Source: a virus. Taken from it: a stretch of DNA of 64,000 nt. Below the pieces are notes generated by a model. The model was given only the letters and a program-made list of their open reading frames with translations. It was not told the origin of the DNA and ran no database searches. The stretch covers positions 1-64,000 of IMG/VR virus record IMGVR_UViG_3300031957_001651; one strand, given 5' to 3'. The stretch's first letter is position 1. Each line of letters opens with the position of its first letter. Of the stretch, positions 27,365 to 37,361 are shown one piece after another. The position numbers were made by a program, and so were the translations under genes.

Positions 27365-29856
27365 ATTTCTACACCAATGTCCAAATGATCGGGAACAAGT
27401 TTCTGTTCCGTGGTTATGAGGATGGTAAGTCCGTGATGTATAAAGAAGAGTTTTCACCAACTCTATTCGTACCTTCAAAGGGAAAGACGAAATATAAAAC
27501 TTTGGAAGGAGATTGCGTAGAACCTATCAAACCTGGTGGTGTTCGTGATTGTAGAGATTTTTATAAAAAGTATGAAGATGTTCATGGTTTTACTATCTAT
27601 GGTAATGACCGATATATCTGTCAATATATTTCCGATAAGTATCCAGAAGAAGAACTGAAGTTTGATATCAGTAAGATCAAACTTCTCACTTTGGATATTG
27701 AAGTTTCTTCTGAGTATGGATTCCCAGATCCAATTTCATGCTCGGAAGAAATTTTGTGTATTACGGTTCAGGACTATTCTACAAAGCAAATTATGACTTG
27801 GGGTGTAAAACCTTTTGAAGTCAATCAGGATAACGTCAAGTATTTTCACTGCAGTACAGAACGTGGAGTTCTGCAGACTTTCTTGGACTGGTGGGAGGCA
27901 AATCCTCCCGAAGTTATCACTGGATGGAATGTTCAGTTGTATGATATTCCATATATCTGTGGACGACTGGATCGTGTTCTGGGTGAGAAACAGATGAAAC
28001 GTTTTTCACCTTGGGGTCTTGTAACTCGCAATGAGTTAAAGATTATGGGACGTGATCAGATCTCTTATGATGTTGGTGGTATTTCTCAACTAGATTACCT
28101 TGATCTTTATAAGAAGTTCACTTATAAAGCACAGGAATCTTATCGTCTAGATCATATTGCCAATGTAGAACTTGGGCAGAAGAAACTTGATCACTCCGAG
28201 TTTGATACCTTCAAAGATTTCTATACTGGAAACTGGCAAAAGTTTGTCGAATATAATATCATTGACGTTGAACTTGTTGACCGACTGGAAAGCAAGATGA
28301 AACTTATCGAACTTGCAATCACTATGGCATACGAAGCCAAGGTAAATTATAATGATGTGTTTTACCAAGTACGCACTTGGGATGCTATCATTTATAACTA
28401 CCTAAAGAGAAGGAATATTGTTATTCCTCCAAAGGTTGGTGGTAGTAAAAGTGAAAAGTATGCTGGTGCTTATGTTAAAGAACCGATTCCTGGAAAGTAT
28501 GATTGGGTTGTGTCTTTTGACCTCAACTCTCTTTATCCTCATCTCATTATGCAGTACAACATCTCTCCCGAGACGTTACTCGACGAAAAACATCCAACGG
28601 TTAACGTTGATCGAATTCTTAATGAAGAGATAACATTTGAACTATATAAAGATAACGCGGTCTGTGCAAACGGTGCGATGTACCGTAAAGATGTTCGTGG
28701 GTTCTTGCCAGAACTCATGGAGAAGATGTATGGAGACCGTGTGATCTTTAAGAAAAAGATGCTCAAGGCAAAGCAGGAATATGAAAAGACTCCAACTAAA
28801 GCACTTGAAAAAGAGATTGCCAGGTGCAACAACATTCAAATGGCTAAGAAGATCTCTCTTAATAGTGCTTATGGTGCTATCGGCAATCAGTATTTCCGAT
28901 ATTACAAGCTCGCAAACGCAGAGGCAATCACTCTGTCGGGACAAGTAAGTATCCGATGGATTGAGAACAAGATGAACCAATACCTAAATAATCTCTTGTC
29001 AACCAAAGATGAGGATTATGTTATCGCATCTGACACTGACTCAATCTATCTTAATATGGGACCTCTTGTTAGTAAATTTTTTGCTAATAAGTCTGGCAAT
29101 AAAACAGCAATTGTTTCCATACTTGACAAGATCTGCCAAGAAAAACTGGAACCGTACATCGATTCCTGTTACCAGAACCTTGCGAACTATGTCTCGGCAT
29201 ATGACCAGAAGATGCAAATGAAACGTGAGAATATTGCAGATCGTGGCATTTGGACTGCCAAGAAACGTTATATTCTCAACGTCTGGGATAGTGAGGGTGT
29301 TCGTTATGAAGAACCCAAACTTAAGATTATGGGCATTGAGGCTGTCAAGTCATCTACACCAGCACCATGCCGTAAGATGATTAAGGATGGACTTAAACTT
29401 ATGATGACGGGGACTGAAGATGATGTAATTAAATTTATTGATAGGTCTAGGGAAGAATTTAAAAGGATGAGTCCAGAACAGATTGCTTTTCCACGATCAG
29501 TTTCTGATGTTCAGAAGTATAAATCACACTCAGCAATTTACTCTAAAGGAACACCGATTCATGTAAGAGGATCTCTTCTCTTTAACTATTATATCAAGAA
29601 GAATAAACTTGATCATAAGTATTCCTTAATTAATAATGGTGAAAAGATTAAGTTTTTGTATCTGAAAAAACCAAATACAATCCATGAGAATGTAATTTCC
29701 TTTATTCAGGATTTTCCTCATGAACTTGGAATTGACAAATACATAGACTATGACTTACAATTTGAAAAGGCGTTCTTAGAACCACTAAAGACTGTTCTTG
29801 ATTCTATTGGGTGGTCTATTGAAAAGACAGTAAATTTGGAGTTATTTTTTGTATGA
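27361..29856 (+). CDS. gp43: DNA polymerase family B gp43
   Basis: DIEV exonuclease, SFDLNSLYP, KISLNSAYG, SDTDS, KKRY. Confidence 0.99.
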   Translation: MNFYTNVQMIGNKFLFRGYEDGKSVMYKEEFSPTLFVPSKGKTKYKTLEGDCVEPIKPGGVRDCRDFYKKYEDVHGFTIYGNDRYICQYISDKYPEEELKFDISKIKLLTLDIEVSSEYGFPDPISCSEEILCITVQDYSTKQIMTWGVKPFEVNQDNVKYFHCSTERGVLQTFLDWWEANPPEVITGWNVQLYDIPYICGRLDRVLGEKQMKRFSPWGLVTRNELKIMGRDQISYDVGGISQLDYLDLYKKFTYKAQESYRLDHIANVELGQKKLDHSEFDTFKDFYTGNWQKFVEYNIIDVELVDRLESKMKLIELAITMAYEAKVNYNDVFYQVRTWDAIIYNYLKRRNIVIPPKVGGSKSEKYAGAYVKEPIPGKYDWVVSFDLNSLYPHLIMQYNISPETLLDEKHPTVNVDRILNEEITFELYKDNAVCANGAMYRKDVRGFLPELMEKMYGDRVIFKKKMLKAKQEYEKTPTKALEKEIARCNNIQMAKKISLNSAYGAIGNQYFRYYKLANAEAITLSGQVSIRWIENKMNQYLNNLLSTKDEDYVIASDTDSIYLNMGPLVSKFFANKSGNKTAIVSILDKICQEKLEPYIDSCYQNLANYVSAYDQKMQMKRENIADRGIWTAKKRYILNVWDSEGVRYEEPKLKIMGIEAVKSSTPAPCRKMIKDGLKLMMTGTEDDVIKFIDRSREEFKRMSPEQIAFPRSVSDVQKYKSHSAIYSKGTPIHVRGSLLFNYYIKKNKLDHKYSLINNGEKIKFLYLKKPNTIHENVISFIQDFPHELGIDKYIDYDLQFEKAFLEPLKTVLDSIGWSIEKTVNLELFFV

Positions 29857-30050
29857 AAGACCAATATACCATTGGTGACGAAGAATCTAAACGAGATAAA
29901 TGGAATCGAGGATTAGATCTCTTTATTGAGTCCGTCCTTAAACCAGATCCAGCATTAAGACAATGTGCTCACAATCAAAAGTGTTATCATGAACTGATGG
30001 ATGTTCGTAATGATATTCTTGACTATTTAAAAACAAAACGTTGGCAATGA
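29853..30050 (+). CDS. Small hypothetical protein
   Basis: 65 aa, coupled to gp43. Confidence 0.75.
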   Translation: MKDQYTIGDEESKRDKWNRGLDLFIESVLKPDPALRQCAHNQKCYHELMDVRNDILDYLKTKRWQ

Positions 30051-30790
30051 AATTATCTGTAAAATTACATCAACCATTCGGTCCATATATTATGGAGACT
30101 GCTCTACCAAAATTTATGGTAGATGCGATTAATCAAAAAACTGAAGATGTTTGTGCAGATCCCGAAGAGATGGAAAGGTATTGTTCTTCATCTGGAAGCA
30201 TTCCAAATCTTCTTCTTAGGGATTTTGAAGTAGTTTATTTTACTGAGGACTTTCTTGAGGAAATTGGGTTTAGACAATTTGTGGAAGAACTTGGAAATTA
30301 TTATATTGAAAACTCAGTAACTAATAATATAAACTATGATCAGGTAAAACTATCAATTATTGATGGAGGGAAGAATAGAGATCCATCTTTTAAGCACTCA
30401 GATAAACTTCGGTATTCCGATGCTTGGGTGAATAGGTATTATGCTGGTGATTTCACTCCACTCCACGATCATGGATCAGATCTTGCTGGTCTTGTTTTCT
30501 TAAAAATCCCACGCAATTTAGAAACCGAACAGATGAGAGATCGTGATAGTGATGGGGAAGCCTATAAATCAGGTGGTCGAAATAATGGAAGAGTTCAATT
30601 TGTTTTTGGTTGCAACAATACTTTTTCTCATGATGAGTATGCTCCATCTCAAGAAGTTGGCAAACTTCTTTTGTTTCCATCATGGTTGGGTCATTTAGTT
30701 TATCCGATGAGAACAAATGAAGAGAGGAGAACTATGAGTTTTAATCTTGTATCGTCTAAAGAGTATTATGAAAGAGAGGCACTGGACTAA
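30047..30790 (+). CDS. 2OG-Fe(II) oxygenase-like protein (HxH type)
   Basis: AWVN...GDFTPLHDH, LLLFPSWLGHLVYP, RRTMSFN. Confidence 0.85.
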   Translation: MKLSVKLHQPFGPYIMETALPKFMVDAINQKTEDVCADPEEMERYCSSSGSIPNLLLRDFEVVYFTEDFLEEIGFRQFVEELGNYYIENSVTNNINYDQVKLSIIDGGKNRDPSFKHSDKLRYSDAWVNRYYAGDFTPLHDHGSDLAGLVFLKIPRNLETEQMRDRDSDGEAYKSGGRNNGRVQFVFGCNNTFSHDEYAPSQEVGKLLLFPSWLGHLVYPMRTNEERRTMSFNLVSSKEYYEREALD

Positions 30791-31794
30791 TGGATTTTTT
30801 AAAAGATATTGTCAAAGAGATTGGCAATGAATACGCACAAATTGCATCGGATATAGATGAAACAGAAACTTACGTGGACACAGGTTCGTACATCTTTAAC
30901 GGAGTTGTTTCAGGTAGTATATTTGGTGGTGTATCTGGGAATAAGATTACTGCCATTGCTGGCGAGTCTAGTACTGGAAAAACTTTTTTCAGTCTCGCCG
31001 TTGTCAAAAACTTCCTGGATACTAATCCTGACGGTATGTGTATATATTTTGACACTGAAGCCGCTGTTAACAAGTCTCTACTCTCAAGTCGTGGGGTAGA
31101 TCTTCAACGTACTGTTGTGATGAATGTTGTCACTATTGAGGAGTTTCGTAGTAAGGCACTCAAGATTGTTGATCGATACCTAAAAGATCCTGTAGAAGAC
31201 CGCAAACCACTGATGTTTGTGTTAGACTCTTTAGGGATGCTATCGACTGAGAAGGAGATTACAGACGCACTGAACGATAAGCAGGTTCGTGATATGACGA
31301 AATCTCAACTTATCAAAGGTGCTTTCCGTATGCTTACACTCAAGTTGGGTCAAGCAAACATTCCAATGATCGTTACCAACCACACTTATGATGTCATCGG
31401 TGCTTATGTTCCAACTAAAGAAATGGGAGGAGGTAGTGGACTCAAGTATGCTGCTTCTACAATCATCCATCTCAGTAAAAAGAAGGAAAAGGATGGAACA
31501 GAAGTTATTGGAAACCTTATCAAGGCAAAGACTGCTAAGTCACGTTTAAGTAAGGAGAATAAAGATGTTACGGTGCGTTTGTATTACGATGAGCGTGGTC
31601 TTGATCGATATTATGGTCTTCTTGAACTCGGTGAGATTGGCGGACTTTGGAAAAATGTAGCAGGTCGTTATGAAATGGATGGTAAGAAAGTCTATGCAAA
31701 GGCAATTTACAAAGATCCAGAGACTTATTTCACTCCAGAAGTAATGGAGAAACTTGACAAGGTGGCAAAAAAAGAGTTTAGTTATGGAAACTGA
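30790..31794 (+). CDS. uvsX: RecA-like recombinase UvsX
   Basis: GESSTGKT, FDTE, LDSLG, MGGGSGLKYAAS. Confidence 0.97.
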   Translation: MDFLKDIVKEIGNEYAQIASDIDETETYVDTGSYIFNGVVSGSIFGGVSGNKITAIAGESSTGKTFFSLAVVKNFLDTNPDGMCIYFDTEAAVNKSLLSSRGVDLQRTVVMNVVTIEEFRSKALKIVDRYLKDPVEDRKPLMFVLDSLGMLSTEKEITDALNDKQVRDMTKSQLIKGAFRMLTLKLGQANIPMIVTNHTYDVIGAYVPTKEMGGGSGLKYAASTIIHLSKKKEKDGTEVIGNLIKAKTAKSRLSKENKDVTVRLYYDERGLDRYYGLLELGEIGGLWKNVAGRYEMDGKKVYAKAIYKDPETYFTPEVMEKLDKVAKKEFSYGN

Positions 31795-32527
31795 GAATAA
31801 ATCTGGGGAGGACAGGTCAGTTGAAGTTTTTCCTGGAATGCATGGATTATTTGCAAGTCCAGTTCTCACTTTAAATTTCACTGAATCTGTTCATGGTATG
31901 AATGAACAATTGGTTTCTGATATTGCATCTGAATGTGAGAAAGATTCAAAAGGAATTGTTCAAAGTAACTTTGGTGGATGGCATAGTAAATATGGGATGG
32001 AGAAAGATTATCAAAGTTTTCTCAGTCTTAGAAGTATTGTCACAGGATTTGCAAATAGTTATTGTGATAACTGTGGATGGGCAAAAGGATTGGAGTGCTC
32101 AGATTTGTGGGCAAACATTAATGGACCTGGTGATATTAACTTTCCTCACCAACACAATCTTTCTTCTCTCTCCGCAATATATTATCCAATAGGATGGTTA
32201 GATGGTGAAGAGACTTTCTATAATTATCACGAAGAAACTGTCTGGTTACAACCACAAACCTGTAATGGTGTTGACGGAGGATCACTTACATTCTATGATC
32301 CTAATCATGGGAAAAGAATCCATCTAGATCCAGTGAGAGACGAATGGCATACGGTAAGTGCTATGCACATATACCCAACTGCTGGTTTACTTATTTTATT
32401 TCCGACTTACCTAGTCCACTCTGTGAATCCTTTTAAGGAACCAAACCGCAAACGTATTAGCATATCATTTCAATTTAGTTATGGACAAGGTAGAAATTCT
32501 GATTCTGAAGAATCTATTGAACAATGA
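31784..32527 (+). CDS. 2OG-Fe(II) oxygenase-like protein (TIGR02466-like)
   Basis: SNFGGWHS, WANIN...PHQH, FPTYLVHSVNP, RISISF. Confidence 0.87.
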   Translation: METENKSGEDRSVEVFPGMHGLFASPVLTLNFTESVHGMNEQLVSDIASECEKDSKGIVQSNFGGWHSKYGMEKDYQSFLSLRSIVTGFANSYCDNCGWAKGLECSDLWANINGPGDINFPHQHNLSSLSAIYYPIGWLDGEETFYNYHEETVWLQPQTCNGVDGGSLTFYDPNHGKRIHLDPVRDEWHTVSAMHIYPTAGLLILFPTYLVHSVNPFKEPNRKRISISFQFSYGQGRNSDSEESIEQ

Positions 32528-33857
32528 AGAGTATGCAAGAAAAGTTATTCCTTTTTTGAAGAGGGAATATTTTGAAGAATCTTCTGAGCAAATTGTATAT
32601 GAAGAGATTTCAAAATTTATTAATGAGTATAATAAACTTGCTAGTAAAGAAATTCTTTGTATTGAAATTGAAAATCGAAAGGATGTTACTGACTCATCAT
32701 TCAAAGATATTATTAGTCTTGTTCAATCACTTGAAGATTCATCAAGTGAATTTGAGTGGTTGATTAATACTACTGAGAAGTGGTGTCGTGATCGTGCCAT
32801 TTATTTGGCACTTATGGAATCTATTCATATTGCAGATGGTAATGATGAGAAACAGAACCGTGATGCAATTCCTTCTATTCTTTCTAATGCACTTGGTGTA
32901 AGTTTTGATAATCATGTGGGTCATGATTATCTTCAAGACTATGAAGAACGATTTGAGTCATATAATCGGAAAGAAGATAAAATTCCATTTGATCTTGAGT
33001 ACTTTGATAAAATTACAAAAGGTGGTCTTCCCAATAAGACTCTTAATATTGCACTAGCAGGAACAGGTGTCGGTAAGTCTCTGTTCATGTGTCATATGGC
33101 TAGTTCAGTTTTGCTTGGTGGACGTAATGTTCTTTACATTACAATGGAGATGGCAGAGGAGAAGATTGCTGAACGTATTGATGCAAACCTTCTGAACGTA
33201 CCAATTCAGGAGATAAGTAATCTTCCTAAAGTTATGTTTGAGGATAAGGTGACAAAACTTGCACAAAAAACACAAGGTCAGCTTATAATTAAAGAATATC
33301 CAACTGCGAGCGCACATAGTGGACATTTCAGAGCACTTCTTAATGAGCTTGCACTTAAGAAGTCATTTAGACCTGATATTATTTTCATTGATTACCTTAA
33401 TATATGTGCTTCCAGCAGATATCGCCAGGGTGGCTCTATCAATTCATATTCATATATTAAGTCTATTGCAGAAGAGCTTAGAGGGTTGGCTTGCGAAGCC
33501 TCGGTCCCTATCGTATCTGCCACCCAGACCACTCGTTCTGGTTATGGTAGCTCTGACGTTGACCTTACTGACACTAGTGAGTCCTTTGGTCTCCCTGCTA
33601 CTGCTGATCTTATGTTTGCCCTTATTAGCACTGAGGAACTTGAGCAACTTGGACAGATAATGGTAAAGCAGTTGAAAAATAGATATAACGACGGAAATGT
33701 CAATAAGAGATTTGTAGTTGGTATTGATCGTGCCAAGATGCGTTTATATGATTGTGAGCAATCTGCTCAGAACGATATTCTTGACAGTGGGCAGGATGAG
33801 GAGTATAATAACGAAGATAGACCTAAAAAATCATTTGAGGGATTTAAATTTTCATGA
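32481..33857 (+). CDS. gp41: Replicative helicase gp41
   Basis: AGTGVGKS, MEMAEE, IDYLN, SATQTTR, QLKNRY. Confidence 0.98.
   Translation: MDKVEILILKNLLNNEEYARKVIPFLKREYFEESSEQIVYEEISKFINEYNKLASKEILCIEIENRKDVTDSSFKDIISLVQSLEDSSSEFEWLINTTEKWCRDRAIYLALMESIHIADGNDEKQNRDAIPSILSNALGVSFDNHVGHDYLQDYEERFESYNRKEDKIPFDLEYFDKITKGGLPNKTLNIALAGTGVGKSLFMCHMASSVLLGGRNVLYITMEMAEEKIAERIDANLLNVPIQEISNLPKVMFEDKVTKLAQKTQGQLIIKEYPTASAHSGHFRALLNELALKKSFRPDIIFIDYLNICASSRYRQGGSINSYSYIKSIAEELRGLACEASVPIVSATQTTRSGYGSSDVDLTDTSESFGLPATADLMFALISTEELEQLGQIMVKQLKNRYNDGNVNKRFVVGIDRAKMRLYDCEQSAQNDILDSGQDEEYNNEDRPKKSFEGFKFS
33781..33809 (+). promoter_or_regulatory. Perfect sigma70 promoter upstream of mazG
   Basis: TTGACA-17nt-TATAAT inside gp41 3' end. 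Confidence 0.8.
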
Positions 33858-34258
33858 CCGTAAACACTGATGCATATCTTGAGTTTGTGAATGCTGTCAC
33901 ATCTCAACCAAGTAAAGATGCTGATGCCTTTGAGTATCGTATTCAAGAACTTCGTGGAGAAGGATTTGAAACACATCGTCTCCTCACTGCTGCTGTAGGA
34001 ATGTCTGCAGAAGCAGGTGAATTCACTGAGGTAGTAAAGAAGATTATCTTTCAAGGTAAACCAGTAAACGAAGAGAACATGTTTCACCTAAAACGTGAAC
34101 TCGGTGACATCATGTGGTATGTCGCACAAGCATGTATGGGTCTCAATGTTTCTCTTGATGAAGTCATTGAGATGAACGTGGACAAACTCAAGGCACGTTA
34201 TCCTGGTGGAGATTTTGATGTCCACTATTCCGAGAATCGTCAGGAAGGAGATGTTTGA
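33854..34258 (+). CDS. mazG: MazG nucleotide pyrophosphohydrolase
   Basis: EAGEFTEVVKK, ELGDIMWY, NVDKLKARYP. Confidence 0.95.
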   Translation: MTVNTDAYLEFVNAVTSQPSKDADAFEYRIQELRGEGFETHRLLTAAVGMSAEAGEFTEVVKKIIFQGKPVNEENMFHLKRELGDIMWYVAQACMGLNVSLDEVIEMNVDKLKARYPGGDFDVHYSENRQEGDV

Positions 34259-34793
34259 GGTTTATGATGATTTTTTAAATTCGAGAGATTCTTCTGCTAT
34301 AGAAGATGCTCTTGAATCTAGTGAGTTTCCTTGGTACTGGAATCCATGCATTGTTCATGATGAAGAATTAAAAACATTTGGTCAATTTACACATACACTT
34401 TATAAACAAAATCGTGGTATAATCAGTGAATGGCATAATACCTTTACTGGTTCTGTTATGAATGGAATAAAGAATCTTTATCCAGACAAAAATATCATGC
34501 TCATTAGATCAAAAATGAATCTAAATTTGATGCGAGATATTAATGAACCTATCGGCATATATCATACTGATCATACTTTTCCTGGTTCAATACATAGAAC
34601 AGCAATATATTATTGCAACACTAATAATGGATTCACTAAATTTGAAACTGGAAAACAATTTGATAGTGAATTTAATCGTCTAGTTATTTTCGATGGTAAA
34701 ATTAAACATAGAGGATATTCTTGTACGGACCAACAAACAAGAGTTGTTTTAAATATTAACTATCTTTTAATGGAGTATGATACCTATGACTAA
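34251..34793 (+). CDS. 2OG-Fe(II) oxygenase superfamily protein
   Basis: YHTD, AIYYCN, NRLVIFDG..KH, RVVLNINY; resembles the 19769 ORF. Confidence 0.82.
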   Translation: MFEVYDDFLNSRDSSAIEDALESSEFPWYWNPCIVHDEELKTFGQFTHTLYKQNRGIISEWHNTFTGSVMNGIKNLYPDKNIMLIRSKMNLNLMRDINEPIGIYHTDHTFPGSIHRTAIYYCNTNNGFTKFETGKQFDSEFNRLVIFDGKIKHRGYSCTDQQTRVVLNINYLLMEYDTYD

Positions 34794-34932
34794 AAAGGAA
34801 AAGAAGAATAGTAAAGGTGATACCTTTGAATGGGAAGAAACTCCCGAACTTAAAGAAGCACTTAAAAAACTTGATACTAATAATATTAGTGAGTTAGAAG
34901 CAACAGCACCTGATTATGGAGTAGGAAAATGA
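34786..34932 (+). CDS. Small hypothetical protein (48 aa)
   Basis: Manual read MTKKEKKNSKGDTFEWEETPELKEA...PDYGVGK. Confidence 0.55.
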   Translation: MTKKEKKNSKGDTFEWEETPELKEALKKLDTNNISELEATAPDYGVGK

Positions 34933-35159
34933 AACTATTAACACTTGATGATTACCAAAGGGCAGGAGAAACATTCTGGCCAAAGTATTGGTACGTTGCC
35001 AAAGAACTTGGTGAAGGTGCTAAGACAGAAGATATTCTTAAATGTATGGAAGCAGTTGGTGGTATTGCACTGAAGGCAGCACTAGAAGAAAAGGCAGCAG
35101 GTCCATTTGGATTTAACAAAGTAAAAGAGGGTTCAGATGATTCTTCAGAATCTGAATGA
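34929..35159 (+). CDS. Small hypothetical protein
   Basis: 76 aa, ATGA overlap. Confidence 0.75.
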   Translation: MKLLTLDDYQRAGETFWPKYWYVAKELGEGAKTEDILKCMEAVGGIALKAALEEKAAGPFGFNKVKEGSDDSSESE

Positions 35160-35187
35160 CTAAATATTAGAAAGTATCTAAATTAAT

Positions 35188-35901
35188 ATGGACAGCAAGA
35201 CTTTCAACTCTCTTTCTGAAGCATATTCTGCAGTTTATTCTGATAACGTAGAAGAAACTTATACAGTCACTGCTGCTGATAAGAAAGGTAATACCAAAGC
35301 ATATCAGAATTATAAGGCAGGAATGAAAAAGAAGGACGGTAGTCCTATGTACAAGTCTGCTGACCATATGGATGAGGAAAAGAAAGAACTTCCCAAGAAT
35401 AAGATGTTCCGTAAGGCAGGAAACTTAGGACGTGATGTTGTAAGTCCTTCTGTGACTGATGACCAACGTCAGAAAGCATATGATCGTTCTAAGAAGATCA
35501 TTAAGACTTTGAACAAAGCAAATGAAGAACTTGAGACTGTAGATGAAGCCGAGCAGAGAGTGAAGGCAAAGGCCGATAAAAAGATGAAGGTCTATGGTGG
35601 TCCTGCATACATCAAGAAACCTGATGTGAAGAAAGAAGAACTTGAAGCAACTGGTCTCTTTACAGAAGAGGAGATTAATGCTATCCTAGAATCTGACGAG
35701 CAGTTTGACGAAGCAATGAGTTCTTATGACCGCAATCGCAAGAGAGCAGCACAGAGAGCAGCAGACAGAAATGCAGCAAGAGCAGCAGGTAAAACTGGTG
35801 TAGTTCCTGGTGTTGGGTATGTAACTCCTAGAAAAGAAAGAGAGACTTATACTGACGAGAAGGGAACAACCCGTCATAAGTCAGGAGCAAAGATGCCCTG
35901 A
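35188..35901 (+). CDS. Lys/Glu-rich hypothetical protein, probable internal head protein
   Basis: CTAAATA upstream; basic modules separated by xxE sites. Confidence 0.7.
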   Translation: MDSKTFNSLSEAYSAVYSDNVEETYTVTAADKKGNTKAYQNYKAGMKKKDGSPMYKSADHMDEEKKELPKNKMFRKAGNLGRDVVSPSVTDDQRQKAYDRSKKIIKTLNKANEELETVDEAEQRVKAKADKKMKVYGGPAYIKKPDVKKEELEATGLFTEEEINAILESDEQFDEAMSSYDRNRKRAAQRAADRNAARAAGKTGVVPGVGYVTPRKERETYTDEKGTTRHKSGAKMP

Positions 35902-35909
35902 GCATCTTT

Positions 35910-35982
35910 GGGGAATTAACTCAGTTGGTAGAGTGCAACCTTTGCAAGGTTGAAGTCAGGAGTTCGAGTCTCCTATTCTCCA
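35910..35982 (+). tRNA. tRNA-Ala(UGC)
   Basis: Cloverleaf; G3:U70; anticodon arm CAACC-TTTGCAA-GGTTG; TTCGA T-loop; no encoded CCA. Confidence 0.95.
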
Positions 35983-36000
35983 TAAATAAAAATAAAAAAA

Positions 36001-37335
36001 ATGGCAACTGTCGCAGAAACATTACTTGCCCTTAATGAGATTCTTCAGGATTATGATACTGAAGTGAAGAGTGCTGGAACTAGAGTTACAACTCTTCATG
36101 TTCGCACTAAAGAAAGGTCAGAAGCAAGGGAAGAAATTAAAGCAGCATTTGCTAAGAAAAATATAAAGGTCGAACAAACCAAAGTTCCTGGATCTACTTT
36201 TGAAGGTCTAAAGGTATCTGAGAGTTCTTCCACATATTTAAATATTGTATTCAAACCAAAAGCAGGTGGTGGATCTGGTGCTGGTGCAGCTGTTACTAAG
36301 ATGGCAGAATCTGCACAAGCAGTTTATGCCGCAGTAGCATTTGGTCTTGGTAGAGAGATAACTCACTCAGATATTACTCCAGATAATGTCAATGCAAATA
36401 AAGATAAGTTTGATGTTGATGAGAATGTTGAAAAGATATTGAATGAACTTCCTGATGATTGGATCGAGTCATCAGTTCTTGGTGCTAATGAATTGTGGAA
36501 TAAATTTAAAGGAATAAAATCAGGAATAAAATTTCATAGAGGTTCAAAGACTGTAGATCATATTGAAAATCAATTTAAGAGAATTAAAAAGATTGAAGGG
36601 ATTAGAGTTGATATTAATAAGTGGTCTCCAGCAGACATTTATGTGACTACTCCAGGATATAATCCTAAGTGTTTGGAAGATGAGAAATCAATTAAAGGGT
36701 TGAATCAATGTATGAATGAAAGAATCAATCCAACCAATCCAAAGATGTTTGGAGTTTCTCTTAAAAAGATGTCTAGAACTTCTAATCTAAAGATTCTTAA
36801 TTATGATAAAAAAGATTCTCTGGAGAAAGAGTTTACCAACTTCACCATGAACTATGATAGTATTGACACGTATTTGAATTTTAGTGATGGAACAAAGATT
36901 CAGTTTAGATCTTTTGGTGGTGCTACTGCATTAACTGGATGGCAAGGTGAAGTGAAAGGTCAGAAGGCAAATCAAGGAAAAATATCTTTGGGACCAGTTA
37001 ACCTTCTCCTCAAGATGCACGGTGTTCCTCAGATAGACACTACATATGCTAGAAAGATAAAGTCAAATCCAGCAGATATCATAAAATATGTTACTGATGG
37101 TTTAGATAAATATGCAACAGGATACACAGTTCAAAAGTTTGCTAAATTGCAATTAGATAAGACTAAGAAAAACCAATTTGATTCTTGGTTATATTCAAAG
37201 GTCCATTGTATTGCGATTATAGATGCTATCAATGGTATAAAAAATTCTGAAAAACAGAAGCAAGTTTGTGAGGATTTTTACCTCTATGCCAATTCTAGAT
37301 CATCATTGTCATCTCCGTACTGGAAATTAGAATAA
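36001..37335 (+). CDS. Hypothetical protein with PD-(D/E)xK nuclease-like motifs
   Basis: MAES...KWSPADIY...GVSLKK. Confidence 0.6.
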   Translation: MATVAETLLALNEILQDYDTEVKSAGTRVTTLHVRTKERSEAREEIKAAFAKKNIKVEQTKVPGSTFEGLKVSESSSTYLNIVFKPKAGGGSGAGAAVTKMAESAQAVYAAVAFGLGREITHSDITPDNVNANKDKFDVDENVEKILNELPDDWIESSVLGANELWNKFKGIKSGIKFHRGSKTVDHIENQFKRIKKIEGIRVDINKWSPADIYVTTPGYNPKCLEDEKSIKGLNQCMNERINPTNPKMFGVSLKKMSRTSNLKILNYDKKDSLEKEFTNFTMNYDSIDTYLNFSDGTKIQFRSFGGATALTGWQGEVKGQKANQGKISLGPVNLLLKMHGVPQIDTTYARKIKSNPADIIKYVTDGLDKYATGYTVQKFAKLQLDKTKKNQFDSWLYSKVHCIAIIDAINGIKNSEKQKQVCEDFYLYANSRSSLSSPYWKLE

Positions 37336-37361
37336 ATAATACATAAGGACTAATAACATAA

